Below, piece by piece: positions 30,017 to 39,637 of a stretch of DNA of 64,000 bases. How positions within the stretch are numbered: position 1 is the first letter of the stretch; each line of letters starts with the position of its first letter. Position numbers and translations under genes: made by a program. This DNA is from Chitinophagaceae bacterium (GTDB lineage: Bacteria; Bacteroidota; Bacteroidia; Chitinophagales; Chitinophagaceae). The notes below the pieces were generated by a model that did no database searches, was not told the DNA's origin, and was given only the letters and a program-made list of their open reading frames with translations. The stretch spans positions 11,555 through 75,554 of the forward strand of contig CANCRO010000002.1 of NCBI GenBank assembly GCA_947380605.1. Direction: 5' to 3'.

Positions 30017-31495
30017 TTATTTGAATATTGTTGAAATTGGTGCTACCGATATTTTTGTTAGTTCAAATATTGGTTGTGGAAATACCCCCGTCAAAAAAAT
30101 CATAACTACTATTACCATCAAAACCAATTTTTCATTCCATGAAATTTCTTTCATCGATTCAGTCAAAGCATTCGTATTACCATAAAAAACTTTTTGAACC
30201 ATATTTAAAGTATACACCGCTGCCAAAATAATACTTAGTCCCGCTACAGCAGCATACCAAATATTAAATTTAAACAACCCGCCAAACATCATAAATTCTC
30301 CTACAAATGCATTGGTAAGCGGTAATGCAATATTTGCAAAAGCGATTACAACCAATAAAATAGTCAGTACTGGGGCCTTGTGTGCTATTCCACCTAATTG
30401 AGAAATTTTTCTAGTTCCCAATTGTCTTTCAATCAAATCAATTACAATCCACAAGCCGATGATATTAATACCATGGGCAAACATTTGGATGACCACTCCT
30501 TCCAAAGCGACAGTTTGCATAGAAAAAATAGCAGCACTCATTAATCCAATATGCGCTATAGAAGAGTAAGCAGCCAATCTTTTTAAATCATCTTGTTTGA
30601 TAGCAATCAAACTTGCATAGATCATGCCTATAACTGACAAACCAATGAGCACGTTATCAAACTTCACCACAGCCATAGGGAAAATAGGCAGTACCCAACG
30701 TATCAATCCGAATACCCCCATTTTCACCATCACCCCACTTAAAATCATCGTTACCGAAGTAGGTGATTGTTCATAGGTATCTGGTTGCCAGGTATGAAAA
30801 GGAAAGATGGGCATCTTAATTGCAAACGCAATAAAGAATAACCAAAACATAAAGTTTTGTTGAGAGGAATTTAAAATAACCGTTCTAAACGCATTTAAAG
30901 AAAAGCTATGATCCGAAAAACGAGTAGCGCCCGTATGTAAATAAACATAGATAATACCTACCAGCAAAAAAAGAGAACCAGTAAAAGTATAAATGAAAAA
31001 TTTAAAAGTGGCAGCGATTCTTTTTTCACCACCCCAATAACTACATAAAAAATAAATTGGTATTAATGCTAACTCCCAAAAGAAATAAAACAACAATGCA
31101 TCGGTAGATAAAAACACTCCCATCAAACCAGCTTGTGCTAATAAAATCAAGCCATAAAAAACATTTGCATTTTTAAAGGAAGATCGATAACCAGCAATCA
31201 GAATAATTGGAAAAGATACTGCTGTTAAAAAAGTAAGTAATCTTCCCATGCCATCTAGCGCCATTGAAAACTTTGCTCCAATTGATTTCAACCACATATA
31301 ATTAAATGTCAATCCGCTCAATTCTTTATTATTATGAAAATATAGACTAGCGATAGAAATCAGTAAAGTAATCATAACAGCCAATAAACTGAATGACTTT
31401 GCTGAAGATTCCTTTTTAATAAAAAAAGTAAGTACTCCCGCAAGCAAAGGGAAGAGAACCAATAAATGAGGAATCGTTATGTAGTTACCAAACAT
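30017..31495 (-). CDS. nuoM: NADH-quinone oxidoreductase subunit M
   Basis: FFWEL, IKMPIFPFHTW, KMG..G and AYSSIAH motifs. Confidence 0.96.
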   Translation of the reverse strand: MFGNYITIPHLLVLFPLLAGVLTFFIKKESSAKSFSLLAVMITLLISIASLYFHNNKELSGLTFNYMWLKSIGAKFSMALDGMGRLLTFLTAVSFPIILIAGYRSSFKNANVFYGLILLAQAGLMGVFLSTDALLFYFFWELALIPIYFLCSYWGGEKRIAATFKFFIYTFTGSLFLLVGIIYVYLHTGATRFSDHSFSLNAFRTVILNSSQQNFMFWLFFIAFAIKMPIFPFHTWQPDTYEQSPTSVTMILSGVMVKMGVFGLIRWVLPIFPMAVVKFDNVLIGLSVIGMIYASLIAIKQDDLKRLAAYSSIAHIGLMSAAIFSMQTVALEGVVIQMFAHGINIIGLWIVIDLIERQLGTRKISQLGGIAHKAPVLTILLVVIAFANIALPLTNAFVGEFMMFGGLFKFNIWYAAVAGLSIILAAVYTLNMVQKVFYGNTNALTESMKEISWNEKLVLMVIVVMIFLTGVFPQPIFELTKISVAPISTIFK

Positions 31496-31507
31496 CAGAA
31501 ATATATT

Positions 31508-33406
31508 TTATAAAAACAATTGAATAATAAATAATATCAACATACCTATCACCATTAACAATATATAGGTGCCCACCAAACCGCTTTGCAATAAGCGGAT
31601 TTGACGACTTCCATAATGCACTGCCTTTCCAACACCATTGACCAGACCATCGATGATATTTTTTTCAATTACCTGATTAAAAAAAGTGGCTAAAGACTGC
31701 AATGGTTGCACAATCACTTTATCATACAACTCATCTACATACCATTTATTTGCAATCACTTTTCCAATACCTGTTTCATTTATTTCAGCTTTTTGATATT
31801 TACTGAATTTATTCCAAGCAAATAACAATGCGATTAATGCTCCACCCACCGACACCGCCATTAGCGTATATTCCGTAGCGTGAGATAATTCATGCTTAAC
31901 CGCTATATGATTACTCTTTTCAAAAATAGGCTCTAGAAAAGCTTCTAATCGATGGCCTCCATGCATGAATACTTCTGGTATCCCTATCCATCCACCTACT
32001 ACCGCCAATATCGCTAAAATTACCAATGGTATGGTAATCGCAGCAGGACTTTCATGAAGATGGTGTTGTTGATCATGGGTTCCTCTAAATTGACCATGAA
32101 ATGTCATGGCATATAATCTAAACATATAAAATGCAGTCAGCAAAGCACCTACCACACCGGCAATCCACAATATGGGTTGATGAGCAAATGCAGCAGCAAG
32201 AATTTCGTCTTTTGAAAAGAAACCTGAAAAAGGAGGCATCCCCGCAATCGCTAGACAACCTAATAAAAAAGTAATATGGGTAATGCTCATGTATTTTTTT
32301 AATCCGCCCATATTTCTCATATCCTGCTCTCCACCCATCGCATGAATAACACTACCCGCACCTAAAAACAATAAGGCTTTAAAAAAAGCATGCGTCATTA
32401 CATGAAATACAGCACCAGTATATGCCCCAACCCCTAAACCTACAAACATATACCCTAGTTGACTTACAGTAGAATAGGCTAAAACTTTTTTAATATCATT
32501 TTGCTTCAATGCAATAGTAGCTGCAAGTAAGGCTGTTGAAATTCCAATGATAGATATTATGGCTTGAGTAAGGGGAGCCATAGTAAATAAAATATTACTA
32601 CGGGCAATCATATAAATACCTGCTGTAACCATTGTTGCAGCATGAATTAAAGCACTTACTGGAGTAGGACCTGCCATCGCATCTGGCAACCAAGTATATA
32701 AAGGTATTTGGGCACTTTTACCAGTAGCTCCTACAAATAATAATAAGGTGATTCCACCAATATCAAAAGACGTCAACTTAGCCACATTATCAAACACCTG
32801 GTGGAAGTCTGCAGAACCTAGCTTTGATAACAACCAAAAAACGGCAAGTAAAAATCCAAGATCACCAATTCGATTCATTATAAAAGCCTTTTTGGCTGCA
32901 TTCGTGTACTCATTATTTTTAAACCAGAAACCAATCAACAAGTAAGAACAAAGTCCGACTCCCTCCCAGCCAATAAACATAATGATATAATTACCCCCCA
33001 TCACGAGTAATAACATAGAGAACACAAAAAGATTTAGATAAGCAAAATATTTTGCAAAATCTTTTGTGGGCTCTTCGTGCATATAGGAAGTAGAATACAC
33101 ATGAATCAAAAAACCAACCCCTGTTATAATCAATAAAAAAAGAGAAGAGAGCTGGTCAATTTGAAAATCGAAATGCACATTCAAAGAGACCGTATTAATG
33201 AATTCGAAATAATGTATTAAATGCGTGTTGCCTTCCTTTACACTTAAAAAAACATACACACTAATAATAAAAGACGCCAATATCACTCCACTTCCGATTA
33301 ATCCAGAAAGGGTTTTAGATAAATTATTTCTACCTAATCCATTGATGATAAAACCAATCAACGGTAAAATAGGTATCAGCCAAACTATTTGTAAAATATT
33401 ATTCAT
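31508..33406 (-). CDS. nuoL: NADH-quinone oxidoreductase subunit L
   Basis: GWEGVG, GKSAQIPLYTWLPDAMAGPTPVSALIHAATM and HAFFKA motifs. Start set at the ATG at 33406. Confidence 0.97.
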   Translation of the reverse strand: MNNILQIVWLIPILPLIGFIINGLGRNNLSKTLSGLIGSGVILASFIISVYVFLSVKEGNTHLIHYFEFINTVSLNVHFDFQIDQLSSLFLLIITGVGFLIHVYSTSYMHEEPTKDFAKYFAYLNLFVFSMLLLVMGGNYIIMFIGWEGVGLCSYLLIGFWFKNNEYTNAAKKAFIMNRIGDLGFLLAVFWLLSKLGSADFHQVFDNVAKLTSFDIGGITLLLFVGATGKSAQIPLYTWLPDAMAGPTPVSALIHAATMVTAGIYMIARSNILFTMAPLTQAIISIIGISTALLAATIALKQNDIKKVLAYSTVSQLGYMFVGLGVGAYTGAVFHVMTHAFFKALLFLGAGSVIHAMGGEQDMRNMGGLKKYMSITHITFLLGCLAIAGMPPFSGFFSKDEILAAAFAHQPILWIAGVVGALLTAFYMFRLYAMTFHGQFRGTHDQQHHLHESPAAITIPLVILAILAVVGGWIGIPEVFMHGGHRLEAFLEPIFEKSNHIAVKHELSHATEYTLMAVSVGGALIALLFAWNKFSKYQKAEINETGIGKVIANKWYVDELYDKVIVQPLQSLATFFNQVIEKNIIDGLVNGVGKAVHYGSRQIRLLQSGLVGTYILLMVIGMLILFIIQLFL

Positions 33407-33524
33407 AAGCCCCAAATCCCTAAGGGAAATTTTAACTACTTCTATTAAAGAAAGCAGCTGTATTAATTAAAAAAGTTTTTCAAAAATTGATTCTACCGCT
33501 CATCCAGTAATGGCAAAAAACACT

Positions 33525-33854
33525 TTAGTTTTTTAACCGGTTTAAAAAATTTACATCTACCGAATGCGTATTTCTATACATCATTACAATAATTGCAAGT
33601 CCCACACTAACTTCTGCTGCAGCCACTACCATGATAAAAAAAACAAATACTTGTGCATCACTTGCTGCTGTAGGATTTGTTTTCATCAATACTTGATGAT
33701 GCATTTTTGAAAAGGCTACTAACAATAAATTGGCCGCATTCAACATCAATTCTACACACATGAATATTATAATTGCATTGCGACGAATCAATACACCAAT
33801 GACTCCAATACTGAATAAGGCAACTGCTAAAAATATGTAATAATATACCGGCAT
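33525..33854 (-). CDS. nuoK: NADH-quinone oxidoreductase subunit K
   Basis: [10 protein letters not shown] and [12 protein letters not shown] motifs. Confidence 0.96.
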   Translation of the reverse strand: MPVYYYIFLAVALFSIGVIGVLIRRNAIIIFMCVELMLNAANLLLVAFSKMHHQVLMKTNPTAASDAQVFVFFIMVVAAAEVSVGLAIIVMMYRNTHSVDVNFLNRLKN

Positions 33855-33875
33855 ATTCTTTTATTAATTTAATAT

Positions 33876-34382
33876 TTATCCTTCCTTTTTTGAAATGACT
33901 ACCGCACCAATCATAGCGCTTAAAAATAAAACACTACTTATTTCGAAAGGAAATACATAATCAGTAAATAATTTGATTCCCAAATTTTTGATCAATCCAA
34001 CTTCGCCATTATTCATCTGGACCAACTGAGTAGTGGCTACTGTTTTCTTTAAAGCAGCTACAATTACTAATAATAGGCTACCTCCTGAAATGCCCCCGAT
34101 GTACAATAACCATTTATTTTTTTGATGAGGTTCTGATTCTGCATTTAAATTCATCAACATTACAACAAATAAAAACAATACCATGATTGCCCCTGCGTAA
34201 ACGATAACATTAACAACTGCTAAAAATTGTGCATTCAGTAAAATATAATGGCCTGAAATAGCAAAAAAAGTAAGAATCAAAAATAATATACTATACACTG
34301 GACTTTTACTGGCAACCACCATTACGCCTGCGCCTAAGGCCAGTACACTCAAAAACCAAAACATTATTTCTATTGCACTCAT
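33876..34382 (-). CDS. nuoJ: NADH-quinone oxidoreductase subunit J
   Basis: VYAGAIMVLFLFVVML and FPFEISSVLFL motifs. Confidence 0.96.
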   Translation of the reverse strand: MSAIEIMFWFLSVLALGAGVMVVASKSPVYSILFLILTFFAISGHYILLNAQFLAVVNVIVYAGAIMVLFLFVVMLMNLNAESEPHQKNKWLLYIGGISGGSLLLVIVAALKKTVATTQLVQMNNGEVGLIKNLGIKLFTDYVFPFEISSVLFLSAMIGAVVISKKEG

Positions 34383-34428
34383 ATTTCGTTGTATTCTTTC
34401 CCTTTGAAAGGAAGATGTTTTAAAATAA

Positions 34429-34974
34429 CTATTTTAAACTCACTCTACCACCTTTTGCCTTTGCATGAGCTTCAGGTTCAGTGATCGGATGAGGAATTAA
34501 TAAATCATCCTTGCCATAAATAAAACCTTTGCGTTGAAAATTTGCAGGAGCAAAAGTTTCACTTAAATAAATGGCATCTTTAGGACAAGCTTCTTCGCAC
34601 AATCCACAAAAAATGCAGCGCAACATATTTATTTCATATTTAGCGGCATATTTTTCTTCGCGATATAATTTCTCTTCTCCAGCAGACCTTTCTGCTGCTT
34701 CCATTGTAATCGCTTCTGCAGGACAAGCAACGGCACATAACCCACAAGCAGTGCAGTTTTCTCTGCCTTCTTCATCTCTATTTAAAATATGTAGTCCTCT
34801 GAAAACAGGACTAAAAGGACGAGTTACCTCAGGATAATTGATGGTAGGTCTTTTTTTAAACATGTGACCAAATGTAATGGCCATTCCTCTAAAAATAGCC
34901 GGCAAATAAGCGCGTTCCAATAATGACATTGGTTTGCGTTCTACTTGTTGGGCTCTATTGGTTAATGCTTGCAT
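34429..34974 (-). CDS. nuoI: NADH-quinone oxidoreductase subunit I
   Basis: Two CxxCxxCxxxCP ferredoxin motifs and position in the operon. Confidence 0.96.
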   Translation of the reverse strand: MQALTNRAQQVERKPMSLLERAYLPAIFRGMAITFGHMFKKRPTINYPEVTRPFSPVFRGLHILNRDEEGRENCTACGLCAVACPAEAITMEAAERSAGEEKLYREEKYAAKYEINMLRCIFCGLCEEACPKDAIYLSETFAPANFQRKGFIYGKDDLLIPHPITEPEAHAKAKGGRVSLK

Positions 34975-35024
34975 ATGTTATTAAATTCTTGCAACACGAT
35001 GGATGCGCAAATATATTTTAATGT

Positions 35025-36095
35025 TTAAAAATGCCAGTTGTTTTGCTGTAATAAAATAAAGGCGCCCGTTGCCAACATATTGATTAGCGCCAGGGGTATT
35101 AATATTTTCCATCCCAAGTTCATCAATTGATCGTAGCGGAAACGAGGGATAGTCCAACGAACCCACATGAATAAGAAAAGAAAACAAGCCGCCTTAAATA
35201 AAAATACGCCTGCATGAATTAAAGCCACCCAATTCGTACCAATACTTTCAGCTAGCGATGCATCATTTACAAATGGAATATCGTACCCTCCAAAAAACAA
35301 ACTCACCATTACAGAGCTACTCAAAAACATATTGATGTATTCGGCGAAAAGAAAGAAACCCAATTTCATTGAAGAATATTCGGTATGGTATCCACCTATC
35401 AATTCATTTTCTGCCTCTGGTAAATCAAATGGTGTTCTATTACATTCTGCAAAAGCACAAATTAAAAATATTAAAAACCCAAGCGGTTGCTTGATAATAT
35501 TCCAACTATACCAATGTTCTTGCTGTTGTTGTACAATTTCTTTCAAACTCAATGTCCCCGTTGTCATTAATAAAGCAATTAAGGCTATACCCATCGCCAA
35601 TTCATAACTAATAATTTGTGAGGCAGCCCTTAAGCCTCCCATCAAAGAAAATTTATTATTACTAGCCCAACTTCCAATCATGATACCATATACTCCCATA
35701 CTCACTACGCCAAAAACATACAAAATGCCAATATTAACATCCGCTATTTGTAAAGAAATATCTCTGCCAAAAAAATGAACCTTATCACCCCATGGAATTA
35801 CTGCACCTGTCATCATAGCCGTCAACATCGCTAGACAAGGTCCTAGGATAAATAAAAATTTAGAAGATAGGTTAGGTATAATTTCCTCTTTAAAAAATAA
35901 TTTCAAACCATCCGCTAGGGGTTGTAATAAACCAAAAGGACCTGCTCGATTGGGACCTCTTCTATCTTGCATGATAGCAGCAACCTTTCTTTCAGCAAAG
36001 GTTGCATACATAGCAATTACCAAAGAGGACATCACCACTACTACAATCAATACTAATTTTTCAATAATTAAAGGCAACCCAATTGATAGTAACAT
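35025..36095 (-). CDS. nuoH: NADH-quinone oxidoreductase subunit H
   Basis: ERKV.A..Q.R.GPN, QPLADGLK, AECNRTPFDLPEAE and PRFRYDQLM motifs. Confidence 0.97.
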   Translation of the reverse strand: MLLSIGLPLIIEKLVLIVVVVMSSLVIAMYATFAERKVAAIMQDRRGPNRAGPFGLLQPLADGLKLFFKEEIIPNLSSKFLFILGPCLAMLTAMMTGAVIPWGDKVHFFGRDISLQIADVNIGILYVFGVVSMGVYGIMIGSWASNNKFSLMGGLRAASQIISYELAMGIALIALLMTTGTLSLKEIVQQQQEHWYSWNIIKQPLGFLIFLICAFAECNRTPFDLPEAENELIGGYHTEYSSMKLGFFLFAEYINMFLSSSVMVSLFFGGYDIPFVNDASLAESIGTNWVALIHAGVFLFKAACFLFLFMWVRWTIPRFRYDQLMNLGWKILIPLALINMLATGAFILLQQNNWHF

Positions 36096-36137
36096 AATCT
36101 GTTATAAATATTTTTTTGCTTAACAAATTGCAAGCAC

Positions 36138-37244
36138 TTAATTTTTAAAATTTTCAGCATGCGCTGGTCCATTAATTTCACTCAACTGAATTTTCGGATC
36201 ATTCACTTCACTTTCATCATGAATATTCATAAGTAATTTAGGGGCTCGTCCACCCATCACTTCCTGAACAGTTTCTTTTGGCATAACCAGTCCTTCATAT
36301 TTACCCTGGGAAATAACAGAGTGTCGATTAACTTTTGTAACTCCTTCTATTGTCCAATCACTGGTTTTCTTTTTATCAAATCTGCAAGTATTGCAGATCC
36401 ATCCTGGCTTGCCTTCATAACTCTTTACCTCACCCCATTCATCTTTACGAGCAGTTACTCTGAACACCTCCTCACCTCTTAACCATAAGGTAGTATTTCC
36501 GCAACATCCTGGTGTATCGCAGGTACGATGAGCATCTACAGGTTTAGTAAACCATACCCTATTTTTAAAACGAAATGTTTTATCAGTTAACGCTCCTACT
36601 GGACAAACATCAATCATGTTTCCACTAAATTCATTGTCCACTGCTTTTGAAATATAGGTAGAAATTTCTGCATGCTCTCCTCTATCTAATATTCCATGAA
36701 CTCTTTTATCTGTTAATTGATCAGCAACATAAGTGCAACGATAACAAAGTATGCACCTCGTCATATGCAATTGAATGTAGGGACCAATATCTTCTTTCTC
36801 AAATGTTCTTCTTGGAAACTCATAACGAGTTCCTTCTTTGCCATGTTCATAACCAAGATCCTGCAAATGACATTCACCGGCCTGATCACAAATTGGACAA
36901 TCCAAAGGATGATTCAACAATAAAAATTCTACCACACCCGCCCTAGCATCTTTCACTTTTTCACTCGTAATATTTTTTACCACCATACCATCCATCACGG
37001 TAGTTCTGCAGGAAGCAACCAACTTAGGCATTGGTCTAGGGTCAGCTGTAGAACCAGCTGCTACTTCAACTAGACAAGTACGACATTTTCCTCCACTACC
37101 CTGTAACTTGCTGTAGTAGCACATTGCAGGTGGAGCCACATCACCTCCAATTTGACGAGCCGCATTGAGTACAGTCGTGCCTGCGGGCACATCAATGGTG
37201 ATGTTATCAATGGTTACTTTAAAAGTTTTTATTTCGTCTGCCAT
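36138..37244 (-). CDS. nuoG: NADH-quinone oxidoreductase subunit G (short, Fe-S part only)
   Basis: 2Fe-2S motif (CY..CRTC..C), HPLDCPICDQAGEC and CILCYRC..CPVGAL; only 368 aa. Confidence 0.92.
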   Translation of the reverse strand: MADEIKTFKVTIDNITIDVPAGTTVLNAARQIGGDVAPPAMCYYSKLQGSGGKCRTCLVEVAAGSTADPRPMPKLVASCRTTVMDGMVVKNITSEKVKDARAGVVEFLLLNHPLDCPICDQAGECHLQDLGYEHGKEGTRYEFPRRTFEKEDIGPYIQLHMTRCILCYRCTYVADQLTDKRVHGILDRGEHAEISTYISKAVDNEFSGNMIDVCPVGALTDKTFRFKNRVWFTKPVDAHRTCDTPGCCGNTTLWLRGEEVFRVTARKDEWGEVKSYEGKPGWICNTCRFDKKKTSDWTIEGVTKVNRHSVISQGKYEGLVMPKETVQEVMGGRAPKLLMNIHDESEVNDPKIQLSEINGPAHAENFKN

Positions 37245-37305
37245 AAAAAAATTTTACGCTAGAATGATCAGGCGTTATTTTTATTAAACTATTTATTATT
37301 TATCA

Positions 37306-38661
37306 TTAAGCAGTTACTGCCACATGAATTGGATCTGCATAATGTCTAAGTCCAAAATTTTCTGTCAAACATTTATCAGGGTGCTGCACATGCCATTCAA
37401 ACTCATCTCTGAAATGACGAATAGCTGCTGCCACTGGCCAAGCTGCAGCATCACCTAAAGGACAGATCGTATTACCTTCAATTTTTCTTTGTATATCCCA
37501 CAGTAAATCGATGTCTTTCATTTCACCTTTTCCTGATTCAATTTTTTTCAAAATTCTTTCCATCCAACCAGTTCCTTCACGACAAGGACTACACTGACCA
37601 CAACTTTCATGATGATAAAATCTTGCCAGCGTCATAGTATTTCTAACAATACATTGATCCTCATCTAACACAATAAATCCTCCACTACCCATCATACTTC
37701 CTGTTGCAAATCCACCGTCACTAAGACTTTCGTAATTCATCATCCTTTTCTCCCCTTTGGCAGTGGTCAATAATAAATTGGCCGGCAATATCGGAACAGA
37801 AGATCCACCTGGAATACAAGCTTTCAATCTTTTTCCATTAGGTATGCCACCACAATATTCATCACTAAAAATAAAGTCTTCTACAGAGATGGTCATATCT
37901 ATTTCGTAGATACCCGGTTTGTTGATATTACCACAAGCAGAAATCAATTTAGTACCAGTACTTTTTCCTACACCAATTTTAGCATAAGCCTCTCCACCTT
38001 CATTAATTATAGGAACCACTGCGGCTAATGTTTCTACATTATTTACTACTGTAGGGCAATCCCACAAACCCTTTACCGCAGGGAATGGAGGCTTAATTCT
38101 TGGGTTACCTCTTTTGCCTTCCAGACTTTCAATTAATGCGGTTTCTTCTCCACAGATATAAGCGCCTGCTCCTCTTTGGACATACAACTCAAAATTAAAT
38201 CCTGTACCTAAAATATTTTTTCCTACCCATCCATTTTGCTTTGCCTCATCAATAGCATTTTCTAATATATCAGCAATCCATGCATATTCTCCACGGATAT
38301 AGATATAGCTAACATTACTTCCCAAAGCAAAGGAAGCTACTATCATTCCTTCTATCAATAAGTGTGGAATAAATTCCATCAAGTATCTATCTTTAAATGT
38401 ACCAGGTTCACTCTCATCCGCATTACAAACTAAGTAACGTGGAACTCCTTCAGGCTTAGCCAAAAAACTCCATTTCATTCCCGTAGGAAAACCTGCGCCA
38501 CCTCTACCTCTTAATCCACTCAACTTTACTTCTTCTACAATTTCGGCAGGAGTCAAACGAAATGCTTTTTCAACACTACGGTATCCTCCTTCTTTCCGAT
38601 ACACCTCATAGCTCCGGATTCCAGGTACATGTGCTTTGTCTAATAATAATTTCTTTGCCAT
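37306..38661 (-). CDS. nuoF: NADH-quinone oxidoreductase subunit F
   Basis: GRGGAGFPTG, CNADESEPGTFKD, GAGAYICGEETAL and CGQCSPCREG..C motifs. Confidence 0.98.
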   Translation of the reverse strand: MAKKLLLDKAHVPGIRSYEVYRKEGGYRSVEKAFRLTPAEIVEEVKLSGLRGRGGAGFPTGMKWSFLAKPEGVPRYLVCNADESEPGTFKDRYLMEFIPHLLIEGMIVASFALGSNVSYIYIRGEYAWIADILENAIDEAKQNGWVGKNILGTGFNFELYVQRGAGAYICGEETALIESLEGKRGNPRIKPPFPAVKGLWDCPTVVNNVETLAAVVPIINEGGEAYAKIGVGKSTGTKLISACGNINKPGIYEIDMTISVEDFIFSDEYCGGIPNGKRLKACIPGGSSVPILPANLLLTTAKGEKRMMNYESLSDGGFATGSMMGSGGFIVLDEDQCIVRNTMTLARFYHHESCGQCSPCREGTGWMERILKKIESGKGEMKDIDLLWDIQRKIEGNTICPLGDAAAWPVAAAIRHFRDEFEWHVQHPDKCLTENFGLRHYADPIHVAVTA

Positions 38662-38691
38662 ACTTTATTACAATCCGTTTCCTAATGTTTT

Positions 38692-39063
38692 TTATTTTTT
38701 CAATTTTGCCATCAACATCCTCATTGGATGCAGCGATCTGGTAAAAGGATTTAAAACCAATCCCAAAGACTCCAGCGTGGTTGCACCTAGTAATGGTTCA
38801 TCTCCCTCTTCTCCATAAATTACCGGCGCTGGACCTCCTTCACCCTCAAATTCAAAATAGGCACTACATACTTTACGCTGTAAGGTTGTACCATCAGCCA
38901 AAGAAAAACTCATTTCCTTATAGGGCTCAATTTCAAGTTGGTCTAAAATTTTTCCAGGAACCAAACTATACACTGCTCCACTATCCACTAAAAAATTAAC
39001 TTCCGCCACTTTTTCAGATTTTCTGTGCTCTTTCACTTTTAATATGGCGTTAGTTATTCCCAT
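38692..39063 (-). CDS. Clan AA (retropepsin-like) aspartic protease, AF_0612-like
   Basis: FLVDSGA catalytic motif, LADG flap and PLLG..TLE motif. ATG at 39063 (the ORF-track start at 39066 is TTG). Confidence 0.82.
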   Translation of the reverse strand: MGITNAILKVKEHRKSEKVAEVNFLVDSGAVYSLVPGKILDQLEIEPYKEMSFSLADGTTLQRKVCSAYFEFEGEGGPAPVIYGEEGDEPLLGATTLESLGLVLNPFTRSLHPMRMLMAKLKK

Positions 39064-39067
39064 CAAT

Positions 39068-39559
39068 TTAATTTGCCTTTGATCTACATTCTGCTACAAT
39101 AGCATCTACTTTCTCCTTTGTCAGATGCTCACGATAGGTTTTACCCAACTGCATCATCGGTGCATATCCACAAGCACCCAAACACTCCACCGTTTTTAAG
39201 GTAAACAATCCATCAGCAGTGGTTTCACCTACACCAATATTTAATTTTGTTTTGATGTACCCTATAATATCATCGCTTCCATTGATCATGCAAGGACCTG
39301 TTTGGCAAACTTCAAATAAGTATTTACCAACAGGTTTTAAATTATACATACTATAAAAACTAGCCACTTCGTAAACTTCAATTGGTTCAATGCTTAATAA
39401 AGTAGCTACATAATCCATTACAGGCGTATCGAGCCAACCACCAAATTCATCTTGTGCTAGATGAAGTACTGGAAGCAAGGCACTTTTTTGTTTGCCTTCA
39501 GGATAGCGTTGTATAATCTCGCTTACCTTTTTTAATTTTTCCTCAGAAAATTTTATCAT
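39068..39559 (-). CDS. nuoE: NADH-quinone oxidoreductase subunit E
   Basis: VASFYSMY and CQTGPC...ECLGAC 2Fe-2S ligands. Confidence 0.97.
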   Translation of the reverse strand: MIKFSEEKLKKVSEIIQRYPEGKQKSALLPVLHLAQDEFGGWLDTPVMDYVATLLSIEPIEVYEVASFYSMYNLKPVGKYLFEVCQTGPCMINGSDDIIGYIKTKLNIGVGETTADGLFTLKTVECLGACGYAPMMQLGKTYREHLTKEKVDAIVAECRSKAN

Positions 39560-39637
39560 AATAACTATTACTCAAAAGAGTGGGTCAATTTTATTAGTTG
39601 AATCATATGTCAAAATTCAATTTTGTCGAATAATAGA

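Noticed and set aside
33410-33432. CCCTAAGGG mini-palindrome (also at 46000-46008) and a weak GC-rich hairpin near 29983-30000, as possible decayed REP elements
   Set aside because: They are too short and too few, with no shared flanks, and were identified after the fact.
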